Shown: positions 1-9,684, numbered from the stretch's first letter. The stretch is DNA of 52,029 bases from an uncultured Pseudomonadota bacterium (GCA_913020725.1 CAJWCD010000007.1:1-52029), one strand, 5' to 3'. A program made the numbers and translations. The notes: a model not told the origin generated them from the sequence alone.

Positions 1-2
1 CA

Positions 3-137
3 CTGGACCGCTACCTTACTCTGCGTCCCAACCTCAAGGTCCGTGACGACTACCGTCGCATCTTCGTCCCCAACTCTGCACTGGCGGACCCCATCATCGA
101 AGGACTGGTCAAGGCGGGCTGGGAGCCGGAGGGGTGA
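3..137 (+). CDS. 3' end of an unidentified CDS running in from the left edge
   Basis: Open frame from nt 3 (LDRYLTLRPNLKVRDDYRRIF...PIIEGLVKAGWEPEG) to TGA at 135-137. The 'EGLxKAG' ending resembles C-termini of TPR-containing cyclases/regulators (weak). Confidence 0.45.
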   Translation: MDRYLTLRPNLKVRDDYRRIFVPNSALADPIIEGLVKAGWEPEG

Positions 138-225
138 ACAGATATTGGCGGTTCCGCTACGCTTGCTCCCTACATGCCTCGCTGTCTCTCTGAGCGGATT
201 TCCCAACCACGACTCAAGCAACGCT

Positions 226-1248
226 ATGGACGCGATTTACGATTCCACTCAACAAAAACACGATCCAAAATTCTTCCTGCAAAACGGCATCGTCAAACCC
301 AGCCCGGAATCCCCGCAACGTGCTGAGGTTTTTCTGAAGGCTCTGCATGGGGCGGGGCACAACATCATCGCGCCGGAAGCTCACGATTCGGCTGCCATCC
401 AAGCCATTCACACGCCGGACTACCTTCAGTTTCTGGAAACCATTCACGAACGCTGGCAGCACACGGGCGGCTCCGAGGAGGTGATTCCGAACGTGCATCC
501 CAACCGTTGGGTTGCCAACGGCTATCCGGATTCAGCCGCAGGTCACGCAGGCTGGCACATGGCGGACACCGCATGCCCAATTGGTGCGGGAACATGGGAA
601 GCGGCACAGGCTGGAGCCAAGACGGTGATTGACGCAGCCCAACGAGCCTTGAACGGAGCGACTGCGGTCTATGCACTTTGTCGACCTCCGGGGCACCACG
701 CTTTTGCAGACATGGCCGGAGGCTTCTGCTACCTCAACAATTCCGCGCTTGCTGCACAGGAACTGCGTTCGCAGCATGAGCGCGTGGCGATTCTTGATGT
801 GGACGTGCATCACGGCAACGGCACCCAAGGGATTTTCTATCGCCGCCGTGATGTTCTCACGGTTTCGCTGCACGCCGATCCGCAACGCTTTTATCCGTTC
901 TTCTGGGGCTATGCCCACGAACGCGGCGCAGGTGAAGGATTCGGCTGCAACTTCAACCTGCCCTTGCCTCGCCACACTGCTGATGACGAATTTCTGGTGG
1001 AATTGGAGCGTGGCTTTGAGCGGGTGCGGGCGTTTCGTCCGGGTGCGCTGGTGGTCGCTTTGGGGCTGGATGCTTTCGAGGGCGATCCTCTTGCCGGACT
1101 TGGCATCACCACGCAAGGCTTTGCCCGCATCGCCCAAGCGATTGCCCAACTCAAGCTCCCCACCGTGTTGGTACAGGAAGGCGGTTATCTCTGCGATGCA
1201 CTGGGGCCGAACCTTGTTAGCTTCCTCTCCGGATTTGCAAGCAGGTGA
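226..1248 (+). CDS. Histone deacetylase family protein / acetylpolyamine amidohydrolase-like
   Basis: Motifs RPPGHHA, GGFCYLNN, LDVDVHHGNGTQ, VSLH, GLD, QEGGY. ATG at 226 (MDAIY...) is a more likely start than the GTG at 43. Confidence 0.9.
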   Translation: MDAIYDSTQQKHDPKFFLQNGIVKPSPESPQRAEVFLKALHGAGHNIIAPEAHDSAAIQAIHTPDYLQFLETIHERWQHTGGSEEVIPNVHPNRWVANGYPDSAAGHAGWHMADTACPIGAGTWEAAQAGAKTVIDAAQRALNGATAVYALCRPPGHHAFADMAGGFCYLNNSALAAQELRSQHERVAILDVDVHHGNGTQGIFYRRRDVLTVSLHADPQRFYPFFWGYAHERGAGEGFGCNFNLPLPRHTADDEFLVELERGFERVRAFRPGALVVALGLDAFEGDPLAGLGITTQGFARIAQAIAQLKLPTVLVQEGGYLCDALGPNLVSFLSGFASR

Positions 1249-1298
1249 CTTCTGGGCAGCGAGTTCTTGCTGAATTTCAACTCCACCAAACAACGAAA

Positions 1299-2219
1299 AT
1301 GCCTTACACCCAACTGAAGCAGCGTCTTGACGCTGGAGAACGAATTGTACTCGACGGCGGAACGGGGACCGAACTGGAGCGGCGCGGGGTGCCGATGAAC
1401 CCGGACGCATGGTGCGGGCCGACCTCGGTCGAGCATCGGGCCACTTTGGAGCAGGTGCATCTCGACTACATTGCTGCCGGAGCGGAAATCATCACCGCCA
1501 ACACCTTCGCCTCTTCTCGGTTGATGCTGGAACCCGCAGGTTTGGGCGAGCGCGTGGCCGAACTCAACCAAGCCGCTGTGGAAGCCGCGCTCAACGCCCG
1601 CGAACGTTCTGGGAACTCAGCAATCGTGGTGGCAGGATCACTTTCGCACATGGTCCCGGTCCGCCCCGGAACCGACCGTTCCTTCGCGCAGAACGAGGAT
1701 GCTTCCGTGCTTGCCGATGCTTTCCACGAGTTGGCAGAGATTCATAAAGCGGGCGGGTGTGACTTCATCCTCCTTGAAATGATGAGCCACACGCAGCGTA
1801 CCCCTCTTGCGGTTGCTGCCGCAAAAGCAACGGGTCTCCCGCTCTGGGCTGGGTTCTCAGCCCGACGTGATGAAGACTCCGGAAAGCTCACCTCTTACTC
1901 GCAGGTTCACCTTCCTTTTGAAGATTCAATCGCAGCGGTGGACCCGAAAGCTGTGGATGCTGTCGGTCTGATGCACACGAACGCGACCCTGATTGCTCCC
2001 GGACTTGAGCTTTTGCGCAAACGCTTCGCCTGCCCACTGATGGCCTATCCGGATTCCGGATATTTCAAGATGCCCAACTGGCAGTTCGAGAACATCCTAA
2101 CCCCCGAAGATTTCTTGGACTACGCCCGGACTTGGGTGACTTCCGGAGTGCAAATCATCGGGGGCTGTTGCGGACTTTCTCCGGAACACATCGAGGCGAT
2201 TCGCTTTTTACGCACTTGA
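1299..2219 (+). CDS. Homocysteine S-methyltransferase family protein
   Basis: LDGGTGTEL, HLDYIAAGAEIITANTF, AYPDSG and IIGGCCG motifs. ATG at 1299, in the same frame as the ORF from 1245. Confidence 0.88.
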   Translation: MPYTQLKQRLDAGERIVLDGGTGTELERRGVPMNPDAWCGPTSVEHRATLEQVHLDYIAAGAEIITANTFASSRLMLEPAGLGERVAELNQAAVEAALNARERSGNSAIVVAGSLSHMVPVRPGTDRSFAQNEDASVLADAFHELAEIHKAGGCDFILLEMMSHTQRTPLAVAAAKATGLPLWAGFSARRDEDSGKLTSYSQVHLPFEDSIAAVDPKAVDAVGLMHTNATLIAPGLELLRKRFACPLMAYPDSGYFKMPNWQFENILTPEDFLDYARTWVTSGVQIIGGCCGLSPEHIEAIRFLRT

Positions 2220-2552
2220 ATGTTAACTCAAAACCCGTCCGTGTATGAGCGTGTCCACGCGCTGGTTCGCAAGATTCCCCGTGGAAAAGTCACGTCCTAT
2301 GGGCGCATTGCGAGGGAACTTGAAGGCTGCACCGCCCGTATGGTGGGCTACGCGCTGGCGGCATTGCCGTGGGAAGCGGATGTGCCGTGGCAGCGGGTCA
2401 TCAACCATCAGGGCAAGGTCAGCCCCCGCAACAGCGGACATGGAAGCTGGGCGCAACGGGAATTGCTGGAAGCGGAAGGCGTGGTGTTTGATGCGCAGGG
2501 GCGGGTGGATTTCCACAAGTTCGGCTGGCGGAAACTCCACAAATCGAAGTAA
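2220..2552 (+). CDS. Alkyltransferase-like (ATL/YbaZ, MGMT family) DNA damage-binding protein
   Basis: IPRGKVTSYG, ARMVG, PWQRV (Trp in place of the catalytic Cys of PCHR), QRELLEAEGV. Confidence 0.88.
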   Translation: MLTQNPSVYERVHALVRKIPRGKVTSYGRIARELEGCTARMVGYALAALPWEADVPWQRVINHQGKVSPRNSGHGSWAQRELLEAEGVVFDAQGRVDFHKFGWRKLHKSK

Positions 2553-2560
2553 CCCGCACT

Positions 2561-3124
2561 TCAGGCGGTCGTCTGCTTCCACGGTTCGTACCATCCGAAG
2601 GTGGGCACCGTGACAGGTTCCGGAAAACCGTCGGACTGATTGTCGAGCAACCGTTCGACCGCTTGGGCAGCAAGTTCGTAATTGGCCAACCCGCCCTCCC
2701 GGAAGTAGTCAAACAACCGTAGCGCGAGCGGTTCGGCGTAGTCGCTGTAGGACAACAGTTCTGCATCCCACTGGTCGGTTCCGGGCAGCACCAGCACCCG
2801 GACTTGCGCTCCGTGGGACTTGATGTGCTGGATTTCATCGAGCAAGTGAGGAAAGTAGCCCCGTCCGCCGTGCAGCCGGAAGATCGCCAGCTTCGAGTGC
2901 ATCAGCACATGATCCGCATAATGCTCCGCCGCCGCCGGATGCTGCAACGCCCCTGCCGACATCAGCCGCAGCCGCCCACCAAACTTCGGCCCCCAGACGC
3001 GGGCCAGCGCGGAGAGTTCCGTGTCCGCCGTACTCACGAAGAGGATTTCGGCAGGCGTCTGCCGAACCGCCTCCAGCTTGCGTTCGAGATCCAAGTCTCC
3101 GGATTGTGTTGCGACTCGATGCAT
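2561..3124 (-). pseudogene. cobN: Truncated cobaltochelatase CobN, N-terminal 187 aa only
   Basis: MHRVATQSG...RQTPAEILFVSTADTEL, RLHGG, LPGTD..D.EL and YFREGGLANY match the CobN N-terminus. Stops after 187 aa, whereas CobN is about 1200 aa. ATG overlaps the upstream stop (TGATG). Confidence 0.75.
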
Positions 3125-3633
3125 CAGACTCCCACTCGTTGACTGCGTCGTTCCATCAGCACCACATCCCGCCAGTGTCCGACGAGCGGGCCGTAAGTCA
3201 TTTTTCCCAGCCGCTTGCGAACCCCAAGCCGCTCGAAGCCGTGCCGCTCGTGAAGCCGCAGGCTGGCGGTGTTTTCCGGGAAAATTCCCGCCTGAAGCGT
3301 CCAGATCCCCAAGTCTTCCGAGCATGTGACCAGCCGCCCCAGCAGCAGTGACCCGACCCCACGCCCCTGCGCGGCTTCCGCCACATAGAGGCTCACCTCC
3401 GCGACTCCGGCATAGACACAGCGCGAGGACACTCCGGAAAGCGCCGCCCAGCCCAAAACCGAATTGCCCGCCTCGGCCACCCAGCGGCATTCGGCAAGAT
3501 GTCCGGAATCCCAAGCCTCCCAGCTTGGCACTTCCGCCTGAAAGGTGGCGTGTCCTGTGGCGATGCCCTCTCCGTAAATCCGGAGAACGACCCCGGCGTC
3601 TTCCGGTTGCAGGGACCGAAGTGAAATGGTCAT
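3124..3633 (-). CDS. GNAT N-acetyltransferase (phosphinothricin/methionine sulfoximine acetyltransferase-like)
   Basis: IYGEGIATGHATF, VAEVSLYV, QGRGVG acetyl-CoA motif, IFPENTASLRLHERHGF, WRDVVLMERRS. Confidence 0.88.
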   Translation of the reverse strand: MTISLRSLQPEDAGVVLRIYGEGIATGHATFQAEVPSWEAWDSGHLAECRWVAEAGNSVLGWAALSGVSSRCVYAGVAEVSLYVAEAAQGRGVGSLLLGRLVTCSEDLGIWTLQAGIFPENTASLRLHERHGFERLGVRKRLGKMTYGPLVGHWRDVVLMERRSQRVGV

Positions 3634-3649
3634 GTCATTTTTCGTGAAA

Positions 3650-4252
3650 TCACCACTCCCACTCCGGCTGGGCCTTTCCGGGTTGCCAGAGGGTTTCCTG
3701 CTCGCCGAGGGTGGCCGTCACCCAGCGTCCGGCGACGAAGAGGAAATCCGAGAGGCGGTTGAGGTACTTGATCACCTCCGGGTTCACCTCTTCCTCCCGG
3801 CTCAGGCGGATCACGTCGCGTTCGGCGCGGCGGCAGACCGTGCGGGCTTGATGCAGGAAGGCGTTGAGCGGAGTCCCGCCCGGCAGGATGAAGCTCTGCA
3901 GCGGTTCCAAGTCTTCGTTCATCGCGTCAATGATTTCCTCCAGCCACTCCGCATCTTCGGGTTGCAGCGTGATCTGCCCTTCGTATTCAGTGCCCGGAAG
4001 GGTCGCCAGTTCTGACCCCATGTCGAAGAGCTTTTGCTGGATGGCCTCTAAGACGAGGTCGAGCTTGTCGCGCCGCACGGACGACTCCTTTTGCGCCAAG
4101 AAGCTGCGGCAGAGACCGACGATGCTGTTGAGCTCATCAACGGTTCCGTAGCTCCCAATACGAGGGTGGTCTTTGGGAATGCGTTTGCCGCCGACGAGTC
4201 CGGTGTCGCCCTTGTCGCCGCTGCGCGTGTAAACTTTAGTGATGCGAACCAT
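3650..4252 (-). CDS. PduO-type ATP:cob(I)alamin adenosyltransferase
   Basis: KVYTRSGDKGDT, YGTVDELNS, FILPGG, ARTVCRRAER, YLNRLSDFLF. Confidence 0.93.
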   Translation of the reverse strand: MVRITKVYTRSGDKGDTGLVGGKRIPKDHPRIGSYGTVDELNSIVGLCRSFLAQKESSVRRDKLDLVLEAIQQKLFDMGSELATLPGTEYEGQITLQPEDAEWLEEIIDAMNEDLEPLQSFILPGGTPLNAFLHQARTVCRRAERDVIRLSREEEVNPEVIKYLNRLSDFLFVAGRWVTATLGEQETLWQPGKAQPEWEW

Positions 4253-4277
4253 TGGGGTTTCGATTTTCTGATTTTAC

Positions 4278-4326
4278 GCCACGGATTTCACGGATAGCTC
4301 CTTTGTGATTCCGCGTGGTCTGTGGC
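4278..4326. repeat. Imperfect intergenic inverted repeat built from 9-bp-period units (REP-like)
   Basis: GCCACGGATTTCACGGAT ... TTCCGCGTGGTCTGTGGC; the arms pair with G-U wobbles. Confidence 0.5.
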
Positions 4327-4336
4327 TGTGGATTTG

Positions 4337-4975
4337 TCAGGTTTTGGCTTGGTTTCCTAGGCCAAACTTGCTCATCAATCCGGCAAGCTCCTGATGTGCG
4401 GAATCTTCAGATTCCATCAAATTTTTTCGGAGGGACGCCTGATCCTCAGCAGAACGGTTCTGGCCGAGCTTGGCCTTGCCCTCCCAATGTGTAACTTTCA
4501 ATTCAAAACCCACAATGGCATTGAGCATGTTGCTGATTTTTGCATCAGACCAATCGGCTTGCCACGGAGAAGCGGCAACTGCCTCGTGTTCTGCGGCCAA
4601 AGTATCCACGAGTTGCATCAACTCGCCCTCGTCTGCGATCCTGCGGAGCGCTCCCGTGGCATGAACCGAGCGGTAGTTCCAAGTGGGAACATTGCCATCC
4701 GCAGCATACCAGCGCGGTGAGATGTAACCGTGCGCTCCGGAAAAGACCACCCGCGCCGCTTGCCCGTCCACCAATGCCTTTGCGTGCGGGTTCGCCTTCG
4801 CGACATGTCCAAGGATGTGGTCGTCGCCGGAATCGTCTGCTTGCAACAATAACGGCAAATGCGTGACTTCCGGAACCTCCGGCCCATTGGTGAGCAGTAA
4901 TCCAAAGGGATGAGCCTGCACAAACTCCAGGATTTGTCCGGAATCGTCCATGCGGAAATGAGCGGGCGTGTACAT
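4337..4975 (-). CDS. PaiB family FMN-binding negative transcriptional regulator-like protein
   Basis: MYTPAHF, THLP, GHVAKANPH, HGYISPRWY, VPTWNY, GKAKLGQNR. Confidence 0.9.
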   Translation of the reverse strand: MYTPAHFRMDDSGQILEFVQAHPFGLLLTNGPEVPEVTHLPLLLQADDSGDDHILGHVAKANPHAKALVDGQAARVVFSGAHGYISPRWYAADGNVPTWNYRSVHATGALRRIADEGELMQLVDTLAAEHEAVAASPWQADWSDAKISNMLNAIVGFELKVTHWEGKAKLGQNRSAEDQASLRKNLMESEDSAHQELAGLMSKFGLGNQAKT

Positions 4976-4984
4976 TTGTCTTTG

Positions 4985-5824
4985 TCAGTTTGCTTGTTTA
5001 ACGTTTGGGCTGCCCAATTTCCCAAGCCAGTCCAGTTGTTTTCGGAACCGCACCACCTCCCCGATGACGACCACCGCAGGCGGTTCGAGTCCGGCAGTTT
5101 GCACATCGTCGGCGCAACGGGCCAGCGTGGTTTCCAGCACCCGCTGCCGGGACGTGCAGGCACTCACGATCACGGCCATCGGCTCGTTCGGGGAACGCCC
5201 CGCGCCGATCAGCCGTTCCGCGATGAGGGCGAGGTGCTTCATCGCCATGTACATCACGATCACGGGCGATCCCTTGGCAATGCTCTCCCAGTTGTGCTGC
5301 TCCGGAACCTGTCCGCTAACGCCGTGCCCCGTGAGAAAGGTGACGGCGGAGTTGGTGTCGCGGTGCGTGACCGGAATCCCGGCATAGGCGAGTCCGCCAA
5401 TGCCTGCTGTGATACCCGGAATGATGCGGAACGGAACTCCCGCCTCCACAAGCTGCCGTGCTTCCTCGCCGCCACGTCCGAACACAAACGGGTCGCCGCC
5501 CTTGAGCCGCAACACTCGCTTGTGCTGACGCGCCAAATGGATCACACGCTCAGTGATCTCTGCTTGCTTGGGTGACGGTTTACCACCGCGTTTACCTGCA
5601 TATTCCAGCTTGCATTCCGGAGACGCCAATTTCAAAATACGTTTATCGACCAGCGCGTCATACACCACCACCTCCGCCTGCTGCAAACCCTGCCATGTGT
5701 GCAGCGTGAGCAATCCGGGATCTCCCGGACCTGCCCCTGCAAGCCACACCCAACCCGGTTCCAAGTCGGGAAGCGCAAACGGCAGCGATGCCGAGTCGTT
5801 GCGTTTGTCCTGAGAATTCTGCAA
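4985..5824 (-). CDS. cobA: Uroporphyrinogen-III C-methyltransferase (SUMT)
   Basis: GAGPGDPGLLT, VVYDALV, RLKGGDPFVFGRGGEE, PGITA, GIPVTHR. Confidence 0.95.
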   Translation of the reverse strand: MQNSQDKRNDSASLPFALPDLEPGWVWLAGAGPGDPGLLTLHTWQGLQQAEVVVYDALVDKRILKLASPECKLEYAGKRGGKPSPKQAEITERVIHLARQHKRVLRLKGGDPFVFGRGGEEARQLVEAGVPFRIIPGITAGIGGLAYAGIPVTHRDTNSAVTFLTGHGVSGQVPEQHNWESIAKGSPVIVMYMAMKHLALIAERLIGAGRSPNEPMAVIVSACTSRQRVLETTLARCADDVQTAGLEPPAVVVIGEVVRFRKQLDWLGKLGSPNVKQAN

Positions 5825-5961
5825 AATACCTGTTCCGGAAACGATGGCCGTGGCTCGTTGTTCGTGTCCCCTTCAAACCTTCAGAACCACCCAAGGGGGT
5901 AAACTGCCCAAAGGTCCATCAGTTCAACCTGAAATCACAAAACCTGAAATCCGAAACTGAC

Positions 5962-7062
5962 ATGGCCCGCAAACCCTCCGGTCCCTTGCGACGCGGCTGG
6001 ACCACCGGAGCCTGCGCCACCGCTGCGACCAAAGCCGCCTACACCGCGTTGCTCACGGGGGAGTTTCCTGATCCGGTCAGCATCATTCTGCCCAAAGGCC
6101 AAACCCCGGCCTTCGCCTTGGCTCGCGAGGAATTGGGCGACGGCTGGGCCACTGCCGCAATCGTCAAGGACGCGGGTGACGATCCGGATGTCACCCACGG
6201 CGCAACCATCATGGCCACCGTCCAACACGGCCCTTCCGGCTCCGGAGTTGTGTTCAAAGCGGGAAACGGCGTCGGCACCGTCACCAAGCCCGGACTGCCG
6301 ATTTCTCCCGGAGAACCGGCGATCAACCCGGTGCCGCGAAGTCTGATGCACGAGGTCATCCGCGAGGTCGCCGCAGCCCACGGCGGCTCTGGAGATGTCG
6401 TCATCACGCTGTCCGTCCCCAACGGCGAGGAACTGGCAAAGCACACCTGGAACCCGCGCCTCGGCATCGTGGGCGGACTCTCCATCCTCGGCACCACCGG
6501 AATCGTCATCCCGTACTCCTGCTCGGCGTGGATTCACTCGATCCAGCGCGGCATCGACGTCGCCCGCGCCACGGGCCTCTCGCATGTGGCCGGATGCACC
6601 GGTTCCACCAGTGAAAAAACCGTACAGACCCGCTACGGACTCCCGGATGAAGCGATGCTCGACATGGGCGATTTCGTCGGCGGCTTGCTCAAGTACCTCC
6701 GGAAACATCCCCTCCCGAAACTCACAATCGGCGGCGGCTTCGGCAAACTCACCAAACTCGCGCAAGGGCACCTCGATTTGCACTCCGGGCGCAGCCAAGT
6801 TGACTTTACTTGGCTTGCGGAGCAACTGCTCCGGCTTGGCGCTCCCGAAGCCTTGGTCACCGCCGCCCGCCACGCAAACACCGCCAACGAGGTGCTGGGC
6901 CTCGCCCAAGCGTCCGGATTCCCGCTCGCCGATACCCTCGCCTCCCACGCCCAAGCCGAGGCTCGGAGAGTTCTTCGCAATGCACCCGTTTCGCTGGAAG
7001 TGCTGGTGGTTGATCGTCAAGGAAAGATCGTCGGCAACGCTTCGTTTTCGGAACCGCCATGA
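5962..7062 (+). CDS. cbiD: Cobalt-precorrin-5B C1-methyltransferase
   Basis: LRRGWTTGACATAA, KDAGDDPDVTHG, GVGTVTKPGL, AINPVPR, NPRLGIVGGLSILGTTGIV. ATG at 5962. Confidence 0.95.
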   Translation: MARKPSGPLRRGWTTGACATAATKAAYTALLTGEFPDPVSIILPKGQTPAFALAREELGDGWATAAIVKDAGDDPDVTHGATIMATVQHGPSGSGVVFKAGNGVGTVTKPGLPISPGEPAINPVPRSLMHEVIREVAAAHGGSGDVVITLSVPNGEELAKHTWNPRLGIVGGLSILGTTGIVIPYSCSAWIHSIQRGIDVARATGLSHVAGCTGSTSEKTVQTRYGLPDEAMLDMGDFVGGLLKYLRKHPLPKLTIGGGFGKLTKLAQGHLDLHSGRSQVDFTWLAEQLLRLGAPEALVTAARHANTANEVLGLAQASGFPLADTLASHAQAEARRVLRNAPVSLEVLVVDRQGKIVGNASFSEPP

Positions 7063-7817
7063 CCGCCGACACAATCCTTATTCTCGGCGGCACCAGCGAA
7101 GCCTATGGACTGGCCAAGCAGTTGGTGGGCGCTGCACGATTTCAACACTTTCGGGTTCTGACGTCGCTTTCAGGAGCCACCTCCAACCCGCGCCGACCCG
7201 CAGGAGAACTTCGGTTTGGCGGTTTTGGAGGGGCTGATGGCCTTGTCGGTTTTCTTCAGCAGGAAAATATCACGCTGCTTGTGGACGCGACCCATCCCTT
7301 TGCCGAGCAAATCTCCCGGAACGCCAGCGACGCTTCCCGGAAAGCGAACGTCCCGTTGCTGCGGCTGGAACGTCCGTCTTGGACTCCAGAACCGAAGGAC
7401 CGCTGGATTTCCGTCCCCAATCTTGCCACTGCTGCCGCATGGCTCCGGGAGCATCCGCACACCGTGTTCCTCACGACCGGCATCCGCGAGCTTGACGCCT
7501 TCCGGGACTGCCTCAGCTCCCGCTTTGTGATCCGCACCATCACCCCGCCCCAGCTTGCAGAGCCGTGGCCGCACGCCAGCTTCGTGCAGGCGCGCGGGCC
7601 GTTTTCCGTGGAAGCCGAACTCCAACTCCTCCGGGATCACAACATCTCCCTGCTCGTCACGAAAAACAGTGGTGGTTCTGCAACGGCCCCAAAACTCCAT
7701 GCGGCCCGCCAGCTTGACCTGCCCGTGCTGATGACCGAACGCCCGGAACTTCCCCTCTCCAAAACGGTTTCGGAAGTAGATGCGGCCCTTGCGTGGATCA
7801 CTTCGTTTCAGGCGTAG
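7059..7817 (+). CDS. cobK: (Cobalt-)precorrin-6A reductase CobK/CbiJ
   Basis: ILILGGTSE, GGFGG, VDATHPFA, RGPF, VTKNSGG. ATGA overlap with cbiD. Confidence 0.93.
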   Translation: MTADTILILGGTSEAYGLAKQLVGAARFQHFRVLTSLSGATSNPRRPAGELRFGGFGGADGLVGFLQQENITLLVDATHPFAEQISRNASDASRKANVPLLRLERPSWTPEPKDRWISVPNLATAAAWLREHPHTVFLTTGIRELDAFRDCLSSRFVIRTITPPQLAEPWPHASFVQARGPFSVEAELQLLRDHNISLLVTKNSGGSATAPKLHAARQLDLPVLMTERPELPLSKTVSEVDAALAWITSFQA

Positions 7818-8032
7818 TCCAACACCGGAACCATTCGTGAGGGTTGTTTCTTTTGCCGGAGTCTCTGTTCCATGCTCTTGATGGTGTCTGGAGCAAGTAG
7901 CGTATCAGAACATACATCACACACCTCTGCCGAAACGTTCTCAAAGACGTACACTTGCTCTCCTTCCTGAAGCGTATGGAGAATGTGGCGAATTTCATAC
8001 TCTCCTGTACAACCTCGAATTGTGCATTTCAC
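7808..8032 (-). CDS. YgiT/MqsA-type zinc-finger protein (putative antitoxin)
   Basis: KCTIRGCTGEY...VFENVSAEVCDVCSD zinc-ribbon pattern. GTG start at 8032 overlaps the upstream stop. Confidence 0.75.
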   Translation of the reverse strand: MKCTIRGCTGEYEIRHILHTLQEGEQVYVFENVSAEVCDVCSDTLLAPDTIKSMEQRLRQKKQPSRMVPVLDYA

Positions 8033-8347
8033 CGGGGACCTCTCCTGAAGGGTGTTTCCCATTTGGGTAGTTTAGGTTCATAGACCGTGATGATGACAGT
8101 AACCTCGTGTGAGGTTGTGCAAACGACATGAACATATCTGTTTCTTGCTGGATTTTCCGCATACGAGACAACAAGCACCTCTTTGGTGTTCCGGGTAGTT
8201 CTCCAACAAGACACAGGACTGCAAAACTTCCAAGAGTTCCTCAATATCCACTAAATCGTCACGCATCTCCTGCTGTGCATGAAGCGTCAGTCGGATTTGA
8301 TTCCGCTGGGCTTGATCTCTCAGATTTGATGCTAGCGCCTCATCCAT
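8029..8347 (-). pseudogene. DUF4258-type putative toxin split by a frameshift
   Basis: N-terminal half (IRLTLHAQQEM...LENYPEHQRGACCLVCGKSSK) and C-terminal half (NRYVHVVC...VIITVYEP...W) lie in different frames. Removing one A from AAGAAAC (8141-8143) joins them. Confidence 0.7.
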
Positions 8348-9143
8348 TATTTTTGAAGTCGAGTGTTTTTTGCCTCTCTGTGTGCTTTTTCTTCGGACGC
8401 AGCACATGCACATGCTCCGCGTCGTAGAGGGCGCTGTCGCGGAAATCATGTGAGGCGAAGACTCGTCCAACAAGGATCAAAGCGGTACGGCTGATTTTCG
8501 ACTTTCGCACTTTTTCCCGGATGTCGGCCAAGGTTCCGCGCAGAAACTGCTCGTCCGGCCAACCGACGCGGTAGGCGATCACCACGGGGCAGTCCTCGCC
8601 GTAGTGGGGAATCAGCGTGTCCTGCACATGCTTGAGGTTGCGGATCGAGAGGTGAATCGCCAAGGTCGCGCCGCTGCGTCCGAGGGTGTCCAAATCCTCA
8701 CCTTCCGGCATCGCCGAGGCGTGCATGGTGGTGCGCGTGGCGATCACCGTCTGGCTGACCTCCGGAAGTGTCAGTTCCTGTTTGAGAACCGCCGCCGCCG
8801 CTGCAAAGGCGGGGACTCCGGGAGTCACGTCATAGGCAATGCCGAGTGCGTCCAAACGCCGCATCTGTTCCGCAATCGCCCCGTAAATCGAGGGATCGCC
8901 CGAATGCACCCGCGCCACGTCCTTGCCCTCGGCGTGGGCGTTTTCCATTTCAGCGATGATCTCGTCAAGGTGCATGGGGGCGGTGTCCCGGATGTGCGCG
9001 TTTTCCGGGGCATACGCTAAAATTTCCTGCGGAACCAGCGATCCGGCATAAAGGCAGACGGGGCACTTGGCGATCAGGTCGCGTCCGCGAATCGTGATCA
9101 GGTCCGGCGCTCCCGGCCCGGCCCCGATAAAATGAACGATCAT
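8340..9143 (-). CDS. cobM: Precorrin-4 C11-methyltransferase CobM/CbiF
   Basis: [57 protein letters not shown] at 9143. Confidence 0.95.
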   Translation of the reverse strand: MIVHFIGAGPGAPDLITIRGRDLIAKCPVCLYAGSLVPQEILAYAPENAHIRDTAPMHLDEIIAEMENAHAEGKDVARVHSGDPSIYGAIAEQMRRLDALGIAYDVTPGVPAFAAAAAVLKQELTLPEVSQTVIATRTTMHASAMPEGEDLDTLGRSGATLAIHLSIRNLKHVQDTLIPHYGEDCPVVIAYRVGWPDEQFLRGTLADIREKVRKSKISRTALILVGRVFASHDFRDSALYDAEHVHVLRPKKKHTERQKTLDFKNNG

Positions 9144-9159
9144 GGAATTTCTGATTTTT

Positions 9160-9468
9160 TCAGGTTGCTGAGGATGTACGCTTTTCCAGCCAACGCCTGA
9201 ATGAAGACCTAGCCTCCCCCGATGATCTTCCGACCAGCATCCCTTCCACACTGATGTCATCGTCCAGTTCTTCCCAATGCACCCCTTGACCACCTCCGAG
9301 CAAACGCCAATTCTTGCGCTCTTCCGGGGTCGCATGAAGCAGCCGTGGGAACCACGCCAGGGGCACCGAAACACTGTGTCCGTCACTCAAGTCCATTCTC
9401 AAAGTGTCTGAAGTCACAGAAACTTGCTGAGCATTGGGCACTTGAAGTTCAGCCAATAAAGTACTCAT
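9160..9468 (-). CDS. DUF2442 family protein (putative antitoxin)
   Basis: [41 protein letters not shown]. Confidence 0.85.
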   Translation of the reverse strand: MSTLLAELQVPNAQQVSVTSDTLRMDLSDGHSVSVPLAWFPRLLHATPEERKNWRLLGGGQGVHWEELDDDISVEGMLVGRSSGEARSSFRRWLEKRTSSAT

Positions 9469-9684
9469 TCCAGCATTCCATGATTTGGGTTTGATGTGAG
9501 ATCACGATTTTCTGAATACGGTTGATTTCTTCCCGGTTGAATCCACCACTGCTTTGCAACCGCACGGGGTCCATCCAGAATTTGGCGATTTTGTTATCTC
9601 GTTCCACATGCACATGATACGGTTCATGTCGATCTCCTGCATAGAAAAAGAAGCGATATAGCCCCTTCTGAAAATCGTAGGCAT
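9449..9684 (-). pseudogene. DUF4160 family putative toxin, apparently frameshifted near its start
   Basis: The body (GLYRFFFYAGDRHEPYHVHVERD...AKFW...WNEYF) is out of frame with the family-typical start MPTIFR (ATG at 9684). One base appears to be missing at AGA-AG-GGG (about 9662-9669). Confidence 0.65.

Noticed and set aside
2561..3514. 317-aa ORF as a single protein
   Set aside because: The first 130 codons overlap the GNAT gene in another frame; recognisable CobN sequence begins at the ATG at 3124.
5825..5961. Cobalamin riboswitch in the cobA/cbiD divergent gap
   Set aside because: No B12-box motifs; only a short duplicated AACCTGAAATC.
8340..9386. N-terminally extended CobM (348 aa)
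   Set aside because: The extension overlaps the DUF2442 gene out of frame; the typical start [11 protein letters not shown] is at 9143.
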